A DNA stretch of 45,603 nt from Myxococcota bacterium. GTDB lineage: Bacteria > Myxococcota_A > UBA796 > CAJQPC01. Shown one piece after another: positions 8,861 to 18,472 of the stretch (position 1 is its first letter; each line of letters begins with the position of its first letter). Below the pieces are notes generated by a model. That model was not told the origin of the DNA. It ran no database searches and saw only the letters and a program-made list of their open reading frames with translations. The position numbers and the translations under genes were made by a program. The stretch covers positions 1 to 45,603 of the forward strand of contig JAYXVV010000175.1 in the NCBI GenBank assembly GCA_036021505.1, read 5' to 3'.

Positions 8861-10155
8861 GAGACGCCTCCGCGAGCAACCGCATGCATTTCCATCCTCT
8901 TGCCCGCATCCAGATAGCGCCGGAGTACCTCCAAGACCTCTTTCACCTTCAGGTTCTCGAGGGCGCTGAGGTAGTCTCTGTCCCAGCAAGGGTCATCAAG
9001 CATGAGGCTGTATCGCCCTTGGGAAATCGCCTGAGCAAGAATCCCTTGCTGGCTGTAGATGTGGGATGCACGAATCTGGTTGAGCGCCTTGTTCCACTCC
9101 GAATCCGAAACACCGTCACTCACGAGGAGATCAATTTCCCTCTGCCACACTTCGACCACACGGTCCATGTGCTCCGGCCGCTCCACTGTGGCGCTCAGAA
9201 CAAAACGCGAGGCACAACGACGGGCAGTGAACCCACCGGCGAGACCGACAGCCAACTGTTCATCAAGAACAAGCCGCCTCCATGCCCGCGACGAGGGTCC
9301 ACGAAGCAAGATCGTCTCTGCCATCTCAAAGGCATAGAAGTCCGCCTGCCCATAAGAAGGTGCCGGGTGGCTGATCATGACCTTAGACAGCCTTGCCAGT
9401 GGATCGGCAACAATGGCCTTTTGGGCCTTGGGGGGTGCTGGATCGTGGTGCCTTGACTCCCCCGGGAAGACGCCTGAGGGAATGTCACCGAACCATTCCT
9501 CTGCCCTCCGAAGCACCACTTCCGGGTCCACGTCTCCAGCAATGGAGAGCGTGGCTCGCTCGGGCCGGTACCATGAACTGTGGAAGGACTGAACGTCCCG
9601 AAAACTTGCAGACACGATGTCTGCTTCGTACCCAATCACTGGATGGGAATATGGCGAGCCCTGGAAACACATCTCCGAGAACTTTTCCCGAGCCAGCCCA
9701 TAGGGAACATTGTCCACTCGCTGCTTACGCTCCTCCAAGACCGTCTTTCGCTGATGCTCAAAACTCTCTTCGGTCACCTTGAGCGAACGCATTCTGTCGG
9801 CCTCCATCCAGAGCACCACGTCGATCTGATTGGCTGGAAGGGAGGCGTAGTAGAGGGTTCTTTCATGGGTTGTGTTGGCGTTGATCTGCCCCCCTAAACC
9901 CGCGATCAATGAAAAATGCGCCCCCTTCTCGACATGGGCACTTCCCTCAAACATGAGATGTTCAAAGAGATGGGCAAAACCCGTCTTTCCCTCCACCTCA
10001 TCTCGAGCCCCCACCTCATAGTAGAGGGCTACCCCCACCAACGGGAGTGCCTTTTCTTGACGCACGACGAGTTTCAACCCGTTCTTCAACCGATGCTGGT
10101 CCACTGATTCTCGACTCAAAACCGCTCCCACCCTGAGCAATAACCCAGCCACCAA
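8857..10155 (-). CDS. M16 family zinc peptidase, catalytic subunit
   Basis: The inverted zinc-binding motif HLFEHLMFEG (HxxEH) is present, with the downstream E of the M16 active site. The start is TTG 10155 or the adjacent GTG 10152. Confidence 0.8.
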   Translation of the reverse strand: MVAGLLLRVGAVLSRESVDQHRLKNGLKLVVRQEKALPLVGVALYYEVGARDEVEGKTGFAHLFEHLMFEGSAHVEKGAHFSLIAGLGGQINANTTHERTLYYASLPANQIDVVLWMEADRMRSLKVTEESFEHQRKTVLEERKQRVDNVPYGLAREKFSEMCFQGSPYSHPVIGYEADIVSASFRDVQSFHSSWYRPERATLSIAGDVDPEVVLRRAEEWFGDIPSGVFPGESRHHDPAPPKAQKAIVADPLARLSKVMISHPAPSYGQADFYAFEMAETILLRGPSSRAWRRLVLDEQLAVGLAGGFTARRCASRFVLSATVERPEHMDRVVEVWQREIDLLVSDGVSDSEWNKALNQIRASHIYSQQGILAQAISQGRYSLMLDDPCWDRDYLSALENLKVKEVLEVLRRYLDAGKRMEMHAVARGGVS

Positions 10156-10191
10156 GGTGCGCCTTGTTCCCGAGTACGGTAGTCTTGGAAC

Positions 10192-11964
10192 GTGGGCCGC
10201 CTCTCCTTACGTGCGCGAATCCTGGGGGCATTCCTCCTCAGCTTCTTCTCCTTCTGTGGAGCCCTTGTCTATGGGCTCTCCCAGTTGGCCAACATTGGTG
10301 GTGGGCTGGATGTGATCGACAGAGGTTACCTGCCTCTCGCCAAGACCGTGGGGCAGATGGAGGCCTATCAGTCGCGTCTCGAACTGGATCTGGAGCGGCT
10401 GGAAGAGTCACGGCCTCGCCCCCTTACGGGCCAGTCGTCGGTCAGTGTGGTGAGTGCCGTCAAACTCTCCGAAAACATCGCCACGGGGCTGTCCATTATT
10501 GCGGAGGTCATTCCAGCCATCTCAGACACCGAAGAGAAGGCCACCATGACCGCTCTTCAGGGTCAATTTGAGAGAATCTTGAATGCCCACGCGGGTCAGC
10601 AAGAAATGGTTCAAACTTATCTGCAGAAAGCTGAAGCCGGCGATGCTCAACGCGCGCTCGCCATGAAGCCAAAGCTCAAATTCGCCCAGTCCAAATTGCA
10701 CACGGAAATCGAGCAGGTCTCCATACGAATCAGCAGCGCCACACAGAGGGTCTCCGAGCGAACCGCTCAAGCCCAACAGCGAGCAGTCGTCGTCAGTGGA
10801 ATTCTGGCGCTTGTCGCCCTTCTTTTCGGGAGCCTCATGCTGATCTTGGCCGTGGTTTCCCTCCGACCGATTTCAAAGCTAACCAACGATGTTCAGCGAA
10901 TCGCTGGCGGTGACTACGCTGCACGCACTTCCCTTCATCGCACCGATGAGCTCGGAATTCTGGCAAGCGAAATCAATGCGATGGCCACCTCCATCGAGAT
11001 CCGTGACGAGGCATTGAGGACGCGAGCTGAGGAGCTTGATGCTGTTCTGAATGCCATTCGACTGGGGTTGGTCGTTGTGGACGAAGGGGGCGTCGTCATG
11101 GCCAATCCCGCCGCTCTGGGCTTGTGGGAAATTGAAGTCGGCGGTCCCCTTCCTGTACTCCTCGAAGAAGCCCGGGAGCGTGAGGAAGCCCTCAAGATCG
11201 GGGAACGATTCTTTGCGCTGCAGAAGGCAAGATTTCGGGGAGGCTTCATCATTGCAGGGGAGGATGTCACTCAGCTCCTGCAAGACCGGGAGCACCTCGC
11301 GAATACCGAGCGTCTTGCTCTTGTGGGACAGATGCTGGCCCAGATTACCCATGAGGTTCGCAATCCACTCAATGCTTTGTCACTCAATGCGGAGCTCCTC
11401 GCCGAGGAGGTGACCGGCCTTCCTCAAGAACGGCAGAAGGAGGGTTTGGAAATCCTCCAAACCATGACCTCTGAGATTCAGAATCTTGAAGAAGTTACCG
11501 AACACTACCTCTCACTCGTTCGTCGACCGGCCCCTCTTCCCGGACACCATGACCCGACTGAAGTGGTGGAAGGGGTCGCTCGTCTTCTGGATGAAGAATT
11601 GCGACGCTCTGGGGTGGAACTTCAGGTCAACAAAGCCGCTCTGCCGAAGATCGAGATGGACGACGGCCAGCTTCGACGGGCACTTCTCAATGTGGTCCGA
11701 AATGCGATGGAGGCAGGATCGACTCGCATCTCCATTGCCCTCGACATGACACCCGACCGCCTCCAGATTCTCGTGGAAGATGACGGCGAAGGCATGACTG
11801 ACGAACAGATCCAGAAAGCAAGCGAGCCTTTTTTCTCCACCAAAGCTGCTGGGACAGGACTCGGACTGGCCATTACCCGACAAATTCTCGAGGATCACGG
11901 AGGCGGACTTTACTTGGAGCGAGGAAAAGAGGGCACGCGGGTGCTGCTCAGTCTTCCAGCATGA
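10192..11964 (+). CDS. Membrane sensor histidine kinase (TM1, ~170-aa periplasmic domain, TM2, HAMP, HisKA, HATPase_c)
   Basis: TM helices lie near residues 8-30 and ~200-227. A HAMP domain is present (ISKLTNDVQRIAGGDYAART...ELGILASEINAMA). The H-box is LAQITHEVRNPLNAL and the ATPase motifs are NAMEAGS...DDGEGM...GTGLGLAI. Confidence 0.85.
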   Translation: MGRLSLRARILGAFLLSFFSFCGALVYGLSQLANIGGGLDVIDRGYLPLAKTVGQMEAYQSRLELDLERLEESRPRPLTGQSSVSVVSAVKLSENIATGLSIIAEVIPAISDTEEKATMTALQGQFERILNAHAGQQEMVQTYLQKAEAGDAQRALAMKPKLKFAQSKLHTEIEQVSIRISSATQRVSERTAQAQQRAVVVSGILALVALLFGSLMLILAVVSLRPISKLTNDVQRIAGGDYAARTSLHRTDELGILASEINAMATSIEIRDEALRTRAEELDAVLNAIRLGLVVVDEGGVVMANPAALGLWEIEVGGPLPVLLEEAREREEALKIGERFFALQKARFRGGFIIAGEDVTQLLQDREHLANTERLALVGQMLAQITHEVRNPLNALSLNAELLAEEVTGLPQERQKEGLEILQTMTSEIQNLEEVTEHYLSLVRRPAPLPGHHDPTEVVEGVARLLDEELRRSGVELQVNKAALPKIEMDDGQLRRALLNVVRNAMEAGSTRISIALDMTPDRLQILVEDDGEGMTDEQIQKASEPFFSTKAAGTGLGLAITRQILEDHGGGLYLERGKEGTRVLLSLPA

Positions 11965-11967
11965 TGC

Positions 11968-12004
11968 CTGTGACGATTTGTCAGATGCTGTGACATTCTG
12001 ACAA
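11968..12004. promoter_or_regulatory. Repeat-containing intergenic element between the HK and RR genes
   Basis: CTGTGAC occurs as a direct repeat at 11968-11974 and 11988-11994. TTGTCAGA (11978-11985) and TCTGACAA (11997-12004) form an inverted repeat. All of this lies within the 60-bp spacer before the RR start. Confidence 0.3.
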
Positions 12005-12024
12005 CCCTGTGCCATACTCATCCT

Positions 12025-13374
12025 ATGGCCCATGTTTTAGTTGTCGACGATCAAGAAACCAACCGCGTCACCTTGGAGCGAATTCTCCGCCGTGAGTCCT
12101 GGGAGGTCACCCAAGCACCGGATGGGCAGGTCGCCTTGGACCAGGTTCGCGAGCAGGCCCCGGATGTCATGGTGACCGACCTCAAAATGCCGGGACTCAA
12201 TGGTCTTGAGCTCTTGAAGGCTGTCCGCGCAATCGCTCCCGAGGTCGAGGTCATTCTGATGACTGCCTATGGCACTGTGGAAACCGCCGTCGATGCCATG
12301 AAAGAAGGGGCCTACGACTACGTCACCAAACCCTTGAAGCGATCAGAGATTGTCTCGTCCGTCCGGAAAGCTCTGGAAAAACACCAGTTGGTGCAAGAAA
12401 ACCGTGCGCTTCGAGCCAAACTCGAACAACAGCAGAGCATCATCGGGACCTCTACCCCGATGCGTCAACTTCTCGAGGAAGCCGCTCAGGTGGCGTCCTC
12501 CGATGCCAGCGTGCTGATGGTCGGAGACTCAGGAACCGGCAAGGGACTTCTCGCCAGAAGGATCCATCAACTCTCGGCGCGCACCAACCATCCGCTGATC
12601 ACAGTCAATTGCGGAGCCATTCCTGAGGGGTTGATTGAGTCTGAACTCTTCGGCCACGAAAAAGGCGCCTTCACTGGAGCCAGCAGCCGAAAAGCAGGGC
12701 GATTTGAACTGGCCCACGAGGGCACCCTCTTTCTCGACGAGGTCACTGCTCTCCATCCCGCTGTTCAGGTCAAACTGCTCCGAGTCCTCCAAGAGGGAGA
12801 GTACGAACGAGTGGGCGGAACGGAGACCTTGTGCAGCGACACTCGAATCCTCTCAGCCACCAACCTCAACATCGAGGAAGAAGTTGCTGCAGGTCGATTC
12901 CGAGAGGATCTCTACTACCGCTTGAACGTCATTCAACTGACCCTTCCCCCCCTCATCGATCGCGCAGAGGACATTCCACTGCTGGCCACCCACTTTCTTC
13001 AGATTTTCGCTGCAAAAAACAAGCGCTCACTTCAGTGCTTCAGCACGGAGGCCATGGACGCCATGACCAACCATCCATGGCCTGGAAATGTTCGGGAACT
13101 TCAAAACGCAGTCGAGCGCGCCGTCGTCCTGGCACGAGGGGAACGCATTGAACTCAATGACCTTCCGCCGGCTGTCCGTCAGAGCCAGGGACACCAAAGA
13201 AGAGTGACTTTTGCTGTAGGGACCCCTCTAAAAGACATCGAAAGAACCATGATTCAGGAGACCATGCGCCAAGCCGATGGTGACCGTTCTCTGGCTGCTT
13301 CTTTGTTGGGCATCACCTCTCGAACCATCTATCGGAAAGAAGCTGAGTGGGCCCAGGAAAGCCCCCTGGACTGA
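12025..13374 (+). CDS. Sigma-54-dependent two-component response regulator (NtrC/AtoC family)
   Basis: It has a REC domain (VLVVDDQETNR...DVMVTDLKMPGLNG). The AAA+ sigma-54 activator domain carries Walker A (GDSGTGKG), the GAFTGA motif and ESELFGHEKGAFTGA. A C-terminal Fis-type HTH is present. Confidence 0.9.
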   Translation: MAHVLVVDDQETNRVTLERILRRESWEVTQAPDGQVALDQVREQAPDVMVTDLKMPGLNGLELLKAVRAIAPEVEVILMTAYGTVETAVDAMKEGAYDYVTKPLKRSEIVSSVRKALEKHQLVQENRALRAKLEQQQSIIGTSTPMRQLLEEAAQVASSDASVLMVGDSGTGKGLLARRIHQLSARTNHPLITVNCGAIPEGLIESELFGHEKGAFTGASSRKAGRFELAHEGTLFLDEVTALHPAVQVKLLRVLQEGEYERVGGTETLCSDTRILSATNLNIEEEVAAGRFREDLYYRLNVIQLTLPPLIDRAEDIPLLATHFLQIFAAKNKRSLQCFSTEAMDAMTNHPWPGNVRELQNAVERAVVLARGERIELNDLPPAVRQSQGHQRRVTFAVGTPLKDIERTMIQETMRQADGDRSLAASLLGITSRTIYRKEAEWAQESPLD

Positions 13375-13404
13375 AAACGCCTCGCGTCACACCCCAACGG
13401 AAAG

Positions 13405-13451
13405 GAAACAGAGCAGGATCGAAACAGAGCAGGATCGAAACAGAACGAATC
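13405..13451. repeat. Tandem 16-bp repeat (GAAACAGAGCAGGATC, ~2.9 copies)
   Basis: Two perfect copies sit at 13405-13420 and 13421-13436, followed by a degenerate third. The repeat is in the intergenic region downstream of the RR gene. Confidence 0.55.
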
Positions 13452-13513
13452 ACTCGACCTCCGGCTGTTCAACCTTGTAGACTTCCCCGAAACCCTCCTC
13501 TGGAAACGCCACC

Positions 13514-13891
13514 ATGAACTTCACCTGGCTGCTTCTTGGCACCCTGACGGGTACCGCCTCGGAACCGGCGATCACCGCCCTTGCCAGCGGTACGGACATA
13601 GAGGCCTGGCGTGAACTCGGAAGCTCTCCCACCCCGGAGCTTCTCCAGGACTTTTTGAGGACCTACTCCTCTTCACCCCTCGCTGAGCTTGCTGTGCGGC
13701 GTTTGGAGGAGCAGGGCGTAGCGATGCAGGTGCAGGATGTCCAGAACATCCTGGCCTCACTGATTGCTCACGAAGCACGCCTCAATCAGGATCCGGTGGC
13801 AGTGACTCCAACCCGATTGGTGGTGCAACCTCTGTCGAGAGAGGAGCTGCCCACCTTCAAGCGTCCAGCGCTTGCCTCAGCTGACGATTAG
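13514..13891 (+). CDS. Hypothetical small protein (weak call)
   Basis: The ORF is 125 aa with no recognisable motifs and a poor ribosome-binding site. Its stop overlaps the stop of the convergent radical-SAM gene (TTAG at 13888-13891). Confidence 0.3.
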   Translation: MNFTWLLLGTLTGTASEPAITALASGTDIEAWRELGSSPTPELLQDFLRTYSSSPLAELAVRRLEEQGVAMQVQDVQNILASLIAHEARLNQDPVAVTPTRLVVQPLSREELPTFKRPALASADD

Positions 13892-15528
13892 GACACGCCC
13901 CACGGAGCAGCTGCACCCGCATTCGCGCCTGTCATGCCTTCCATGCGGGCATCCAAGGTACCGAGCGCCTTCGCCCGAGTGAGTACAGGATTGTTGATCG
14001 CCGAGCGCACCATGCCCAACATCCGTTTGGAGACCTTTGAGAAGGGCCGCATGTAGTCGGATGTCATGACATTCACGACTCGCTCGTCGATCAATACCTT
14101 CAGAAGGCTGTGCGGAAAGTAGCCTGACCGCGTCAAATAGAGCAGCGTGTTGGGGTAGTTGTCGTTCTTCTCGAAGTACATCTTGTCGTAGATCTCCGAG
14201 CGCTCATCGTTGATGAGTCCATCGCGCATCGCGATGGTGTGCAGAGAGGTACCTGGGTAGAAAATCACCGAGAACACCTGCAGCTTGTAGGGCTTCGGCA
14301 GCTCTGCAATCAGCCGTAGGGTGTCGAGTTTGTCCTCCATGGTCTCATACGGCAGATCGTAGATCACATCGTACTGAGGGGGGGCCGTTCGATCTGCATA
14401 CTTGGTGATGATCTCGGCGCTTCGAAGGACCTTTTCGTTGCCCATCGTCGACCGTCTCATCAGCTTTTGAATCCGCTTGGAGCCGTGCTCCACACCCATC
14501 TGAATGCAATGCAAGCCCGCGTCAACAAGCGCCGCGTATTTTTCTTCCGTGATCGTTCCTGGAGAACCCAGCAGGTAGAAGGGGTCACCGATTCTCTCTT
14601 TGTACTGCTTGGCAAAGTCGAGCATTTCCGGGAGGGGTCGACCAAAGAAGGAGTCGTCTGAGAACCAGAAGAAGTTGATGTAAGGGTAGTTCCGTTTGAC
14701 GTCCTCAAGCTCCGAGATCACGTTTTCCACAGAGCGATACCGCACGAAGCGCTGCCCGCTGTAGAGATCCCTCGAGAAGCTGTTTCCGCAGTAGGAACAG
14801 GCGTGAGGGCAGCCTCGCCCTGTCATGGTCTGGTATCCGATCTTTCCAAACATTCGGGACACGGTCCCATTCTGCATGTAGCGACGGAGAAGGTCTGCAG
14901 TCACCTGCATCATCTCCCCTTCAAAAAGTACCCAGTGCCCCTCGGTTGAAAAGTCAGGGAACGGGTACTCGTCCAGATCTTGCTCCAGGTTCCCCGGCGG
15001 ATTTCGAACCACCGTGTCGCCTTTTCTCCACACCAGTCCTTTGATGTCGGAGAGATCCTCCAAATCGTTGGCTTCCATTCGCTCGCAGAGCTTCAAGATC
15101 AGATCCTCTGCATCTCCAATGGCCACGTAGTCGCAGTGAGCCGCCGACTCATCGGGACGCACGGATGGGTGGAAGCCGCCCCAGATCACAGGAATGTCCC
15201 CAAGCCGATCCTTCACAGCCCGTGTGAGCTGCTTTGCGGAGTCGAAGTAGTGGGTCATGAGCGTGATGCCGACCAAGTCCGAGCCGCGAGCGATCTCGAC
15301 AAACTGGTCGATTACTTTCGCATCATAGCGTTCCGCACTCATCTCGATGTGTGTGCTTTCACCGTCACCTGCGAAGTCAGGCATGCAGAGCACCCGGGTC
15401 TCGTGTCCAGCCTCCCGGAGGACGGCAGAGAGGACGCGCAGGCCATAGTTGGCGATGTCGGGATAAGGACTCACTAAGGTAATTCGCATCACTACTCCGC
15501 TGCCAAGCGCCTCAACGATACCCGGCAC
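13888..15528 (-). CDS. Cobalamin (B12)-binding-domain radical SAM protein (class B)
   Basis: The N-terminal B12-binding region (MRITLVSPYP...VIWGGFHPS) is followed by the radical-SAM cysteine motif CPHACSYC (CxxxCxxC). The start could be 15528 or the ATG at ~15489 (MRITLV). Confidence 0.85.
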   Translation of the reverse strand: MPGIVEALGSGVVMRITLVSPYPDIANYGLRVLSAVLREAGHETRVLCMPDFAGDGESTHIEMSAERYDAKVIDQFVEIARGSDLVGITLMTHYFDSAKQLTRAVKDRLGDIPVIWGGFHPSVRPDESAAHCDYVAIGDAEDLILKLCERMEANDLEDLSDIKGLVWRKGDTVVRNPPGNLEQDLDEYPFPDFSTEGHWVLFEGEMMQVTADLLRRYMQNGTVSRMFGKIGYQTMTGRGCPHACSYCGNSFSRDLYSGQRFVRYRSVENVISELEDVKRNYPYINFFWFSDDSFFGRPLPEMLDFAKQYKERIGDPFYLLGSPGTITEEKYAALVDAGLHCIQMGVEHGSKRIQKLMRRSTMGNEKVLRSAEIITKYADRTAPPQYDVIYDLPYETMEDKLDTLRLIAELPKPYKLQVFSVIFYPGTSLHTIAMRDGLINDERSEIYDKMYFEKNDNYPNTLLYLTRSGYFPHSLLKVLIDERVVNVMTSDYMRPFSKVSKRMLGMVRSAINNPVLTRAKALGTLDARMEGMTGANAGAAAPWGVS

Positions 15529-15603
15529 TCGCTTCTAACGTCAACAGAAGACGAAGCACGTCCGGGTTGGGAGGGGCTTTTGATCCCCGATAAAACCGGC
15601 CTA

Positions 15604-16095
15604 TCACTTGATCTCGGCCACCACGTCGTCGTCGAGAATCACCTCTCTCTCGAAAATGCGGATGGCTTTGTACGCGGTTTTCGAGCCTTTCGTCCAGATG
15701 ATGAGCTTTCCGTCCTCATGCTCCTCGAAGCGGTAGATGTAGCGCTCGGAGCGATACGTGTCTCTGCCCGCAAGCTTTTGCATGTCATAGGGCCGCCCCC
15801 AAGCCATCAGCAGCTTGTCTTTGGTCCAGCCGCGGGAGACGTCACCGGACAGAATCAACTCCCTCACGTCGGCCGGGTACTGGTAGAAGCGTTCCCAGAC
15901 ACCCAAGGCCTGAAGAAATTCATTCCGCTCTTCTTCCGTTTTGTTCCTCAAGAACGCATTTCGTTCATCTTCCGACATGTACACTCGGAGGGCGCGGTAG
16001 TGATCCCATTCCGTGTCTGACAGGCGCTTGATGGGATTGCAGCCCACCGACAAGAGCAGTGCGCCCAACAGCGCGATTCCAAGTTGACGCTTCAT
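15604..16095 (-). CDS. Hypothetical lipoprotein
   Basis: Taking MKRQLGIALLGALLLSVGC as the start gives a signal peptide plus an LSVGC lipobox. The gene lies downstream of the Bat operon. Confidence 0.55.
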   Translation of the reverse strand: MKRQLGIALLGALLLSVGCNPIKRLSDTEWDHYRALRVYMSEDERNAFLRNKTEEERNEFLQALGVWERFYQYPADVRELILSGDVSRGWTKDKLLMAWGRPYDMQKLAGRDTYRSERYIYRFEEHEDGKLIIWTKGSKTAYKAIRIFEREVILDDDVVAEIK

Positions 16096-16121
16096 TCTGA
16101 GTCTCCTTTGGGGGTCGAGTA

Positions 16122-16847
16122 TCACAAAGGGAATTGGGCTGCAGCATCGATTGGGGCGACTTGACGAATCCCAACCCAGCCACTCTCTCCACCAGGCAGC
16201 TCCACAAGGAGGTGTTCTTCAGCCTCCTCGAGAATTCGGACCGAGCTGCCCCACCCCAACTTCTGAAGTTCCACGCCACGATCCGTTCCCAATGCGGAGC
16301 GGAGGGAGGTGTCCGCCGCCAGCACGACACCGATCGTCGGCTGATTCTGGCTCCAGGCCAGAGAGATCAAAAGATAGCTCCCCGGGACCCCGAGCATCAC
16401 ACTGGGAATGCCCCAAGCCATCTCTCGTCGACGAGCGGCGAGGGCAAGAATGCCCAGTGCGAAGAACAACAGGGCTGCCAAAATCGACTGTTCTCTGATC
16501 GAGAGGGTTTGATTCAGGAAGAGCGGACCGCTTCTTGAAAAACCCCTTTCCGGATCTTCTCCAGCACCTCGAAGTGCGATTTCAATGTTTGCGGAAGCGT
16601 CGCTGTCTCTTGGATTCAGATCGAGCGCGTTCTCCCACGCCAGAACGGCGTGTCCAATTCGACCATCTCGATAAAGCGCATTTCCAAGGTTGTAGTACAC
16701 ATCCCCGCTGGTGTGACCTGCATCGAGCAGAGCTGCGAACTGCTCGGCCGACTCGGCATAACGGCCCGAAGCATAGGACGAATTGGCGGAGTCCAGGTTC
16801 GCTGGGCCCGCCGCGAAAAGAACACCAATCCACACCCCGAACACCAT
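16122..16847 (-). CDS. BatE-like TPR-repeat membrane protein
   Basis: The likely start is ATG at 16847-16845 (MVFGVWIGVLFAAG), adjacent to the BatD stop. A TPR unit is present (YYNLGNALYRDGRIGHAVLAWENALDLNP). Its position is terminal in the Bat operon. Confidence 0.6.
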   Translation of the reverse strand: MVFGVWIGVLFAAGPANLDSANSSYASGRYAESAEQFAALLDAGHTSGDVYYNLGNALYRDGRIGHAVLAWENALDLNPRDSDASANIEIALRGAGEDPERGFSRSGPLFLNQTLSIREQSILAALLFFALGILALAARRREMAWGIPSVMLGVPGSYLLISLAWSQNQPTIGVVLAADTSLRSALGTDRGVELQKLGWGSSVRILEEAEEHLLVELPGGESGWVGIRQVAPIDAAAQFPL

Positions 16848-18472
16848 CAGGAAACCTCCTCGAGCAAGGCTTTCATGCAACGGACAGCGCGGCGCCGATC
16901 CACAGTATCCCCGCCACCGAATCGAACCGCTTCCAGGGAGCGATAGACCGACTCGGCCTCCTGACGGAGATCGGGAGAATTCAGACGAGCCAGATCGCTC
17001 TTGCTCACTCCGGATGAAGATCGGCCTACTGCGAGCCCCGCGCAAGCTCGAAACAAACTGTCGAGTTCCTCATCGCTCAATTTCTTGGCATCACGAACCC
17101 GCCTTTTCAGGTCTCGAATGGGATCGGGCTGGCGCTCACGAGACCGGACTTTTCCCACCAGTCCAAGGAGACCAAAGAGGAGAAGAGGTCCCGATCCAAT
17201 GGCCCACCAGATTTTCCCAACCCTTTGGCGCTCGTCCTGGAGGGATGCCTCCGTGCGCAGAGGAAGGATGTCGCGAGCACTGCTTTGCTCAACCTGTGGA
17301 ATGGGTTCCCCAAAAGGCTCGACCACAGCGACCCCCTCTCCAGGAAGAACCTCCAACTCAAAGACAGGTCCCTCCAAGAGGACATAGGCGCCAAGGGCCG
17401 GGCTAAAGACCTGGATTTCAACAGGCGGTAGAACAACGGTACCCTCCCTTTCCGGCACAATGGCTCTCTTGAAAACCGCTACCGCCTGAAAGTCACCGTC
17501 TTCAATACGACCCATCGAGGAAGGTTCGTCATCATAGACTGCGAACCCGTCCACGTCGGGAAATTCGGGCAACGACATGCCCGCAAGCGTCCCGTTTCCC
17601 TCCAACCTCACGGTCATCGTGGTCGACTCTCCCGCAGCCAGGCGTTGGTTGGAGAGATCCACGGAGAGCGTAAACTCACCCACAAGCCCAGAATAGCTCG
17701 GAAGACGCCCCTCTTCCGGAAGGGGATAGACGGCGACATCCAGGGAGTCGGAAGGAAAGACCTCGGAGCGGGACTGGCTGAAGAAACTCCTCCGTCGTCC
17801 TTTCCCCTCCGCCTCGAGCTCCGCTTGCAAGACTCCCGGGGGAATGGTTCGTGAACCGACACCCGTTGCCACCAGCGGTGTAAGGATCTCCAACACGCCC
17901 CAGGACTGTCCATCAATCTGGGTGTTGTACTCGCGCTGTATGGCCTCCGCACTCTGCTCCGGTGAGAACCCATCCATGACCGGTGGAGTCCAGCGAGACT
18001 GTAGAATTCGGCTCGGAACGCGAAGACTCAAGACATGCACGATGGTCTGACCCACCCACATCTTCTCCACACCAAATCCGGACTGAAGCCCTCCTGCCTC
18101 TGCAGAATCCCGCGGCAGTACTTCTACAGAGAGCGGCTGTGTGTTGTAGGCCTGACCACTCACATTCAGCGTGAATGCAGGGATGTCATATTCGCCTGCC
18201 TTCAACCCTGTGAGCGCATACACATACGTCGTTGTCCGCGCTGGTTTTCCGTTGATGGTCACAAGCGACTGCCGACGCCCACGGCTCGCAAAACTCAGTC
18301 CATCAACCACGGGCAAACGTGGCGTTCCGCGAGTCACTCCATCCACCACACTCAAATAGAGTGCAACGGTCTCTCCTTCTTGGAGCGACTTGCTGTCAGC
18401 CTCAAGGTGGATTTCCACCCCCCATGCAGACGGCACGAGTGCAAACGCGAGGAACAGCATCCGTCTGAACAT
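16847..18472 (-). CDS. BatD-like protein
   Basis: A signal peptide is followed by a large beta-rich domain and a C-terminal TM. Its operon position after BatB/C is typical for BatD. Confidence 0.65.
   Translation of the reverse strand: MFRRMLFLAFALVPSAWGVEIHLEADSKSLQEGETVALYLSVVDGVTRGTPRLPVVDGLSFASRGRRQSLVTINGKPARTTTYVYALTGLKAGEYDIPAFTLNVSGQAYNTQPLSVEVLPRDSAEAGGLQSGFGVEKMWVGQTIVHVLSLRVPSRILQSRWTPPVMDGFSPEQSAEAIQREYNTQIDGQSWGVLEILTPLVATGVGSRTIPPGVLQAELEAEGKGRRRSFFSQSRSEVFPSDSLDVAVYPLPEEGRLPSYSGLVGEFTLSVDLSNQRLAAGESTTMTVRLEGNGTLAGMSLPEFPDVDGFAVYDDEPSSMGRIEDGDFQAVAVFKRAIVPEREGTVVLPPVEIQVFSPALGAYVLLEGPVFELEVLPGEGVAVVEPFGEPIPQVEQSSARDILPLRTEASLQDERQRVGKIWWAIGSGPLLLFGLLGLVGKVRSRERQPDPIRDLKRRVRDAKKLSDEELDSLFRACAGLAVGRSSSGVSKSDLARLNSPDLRQEAESVYRSLEAVRFGGGDTVDRRRAVRCMKALLEEVS

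Noticed and set aside
8884-9456. 190-aa plus-strand ORF within the M16 peptidase gene
   Set aside because: It is antisense to a gene with an HxxEH motif and shows no motifs of its own.
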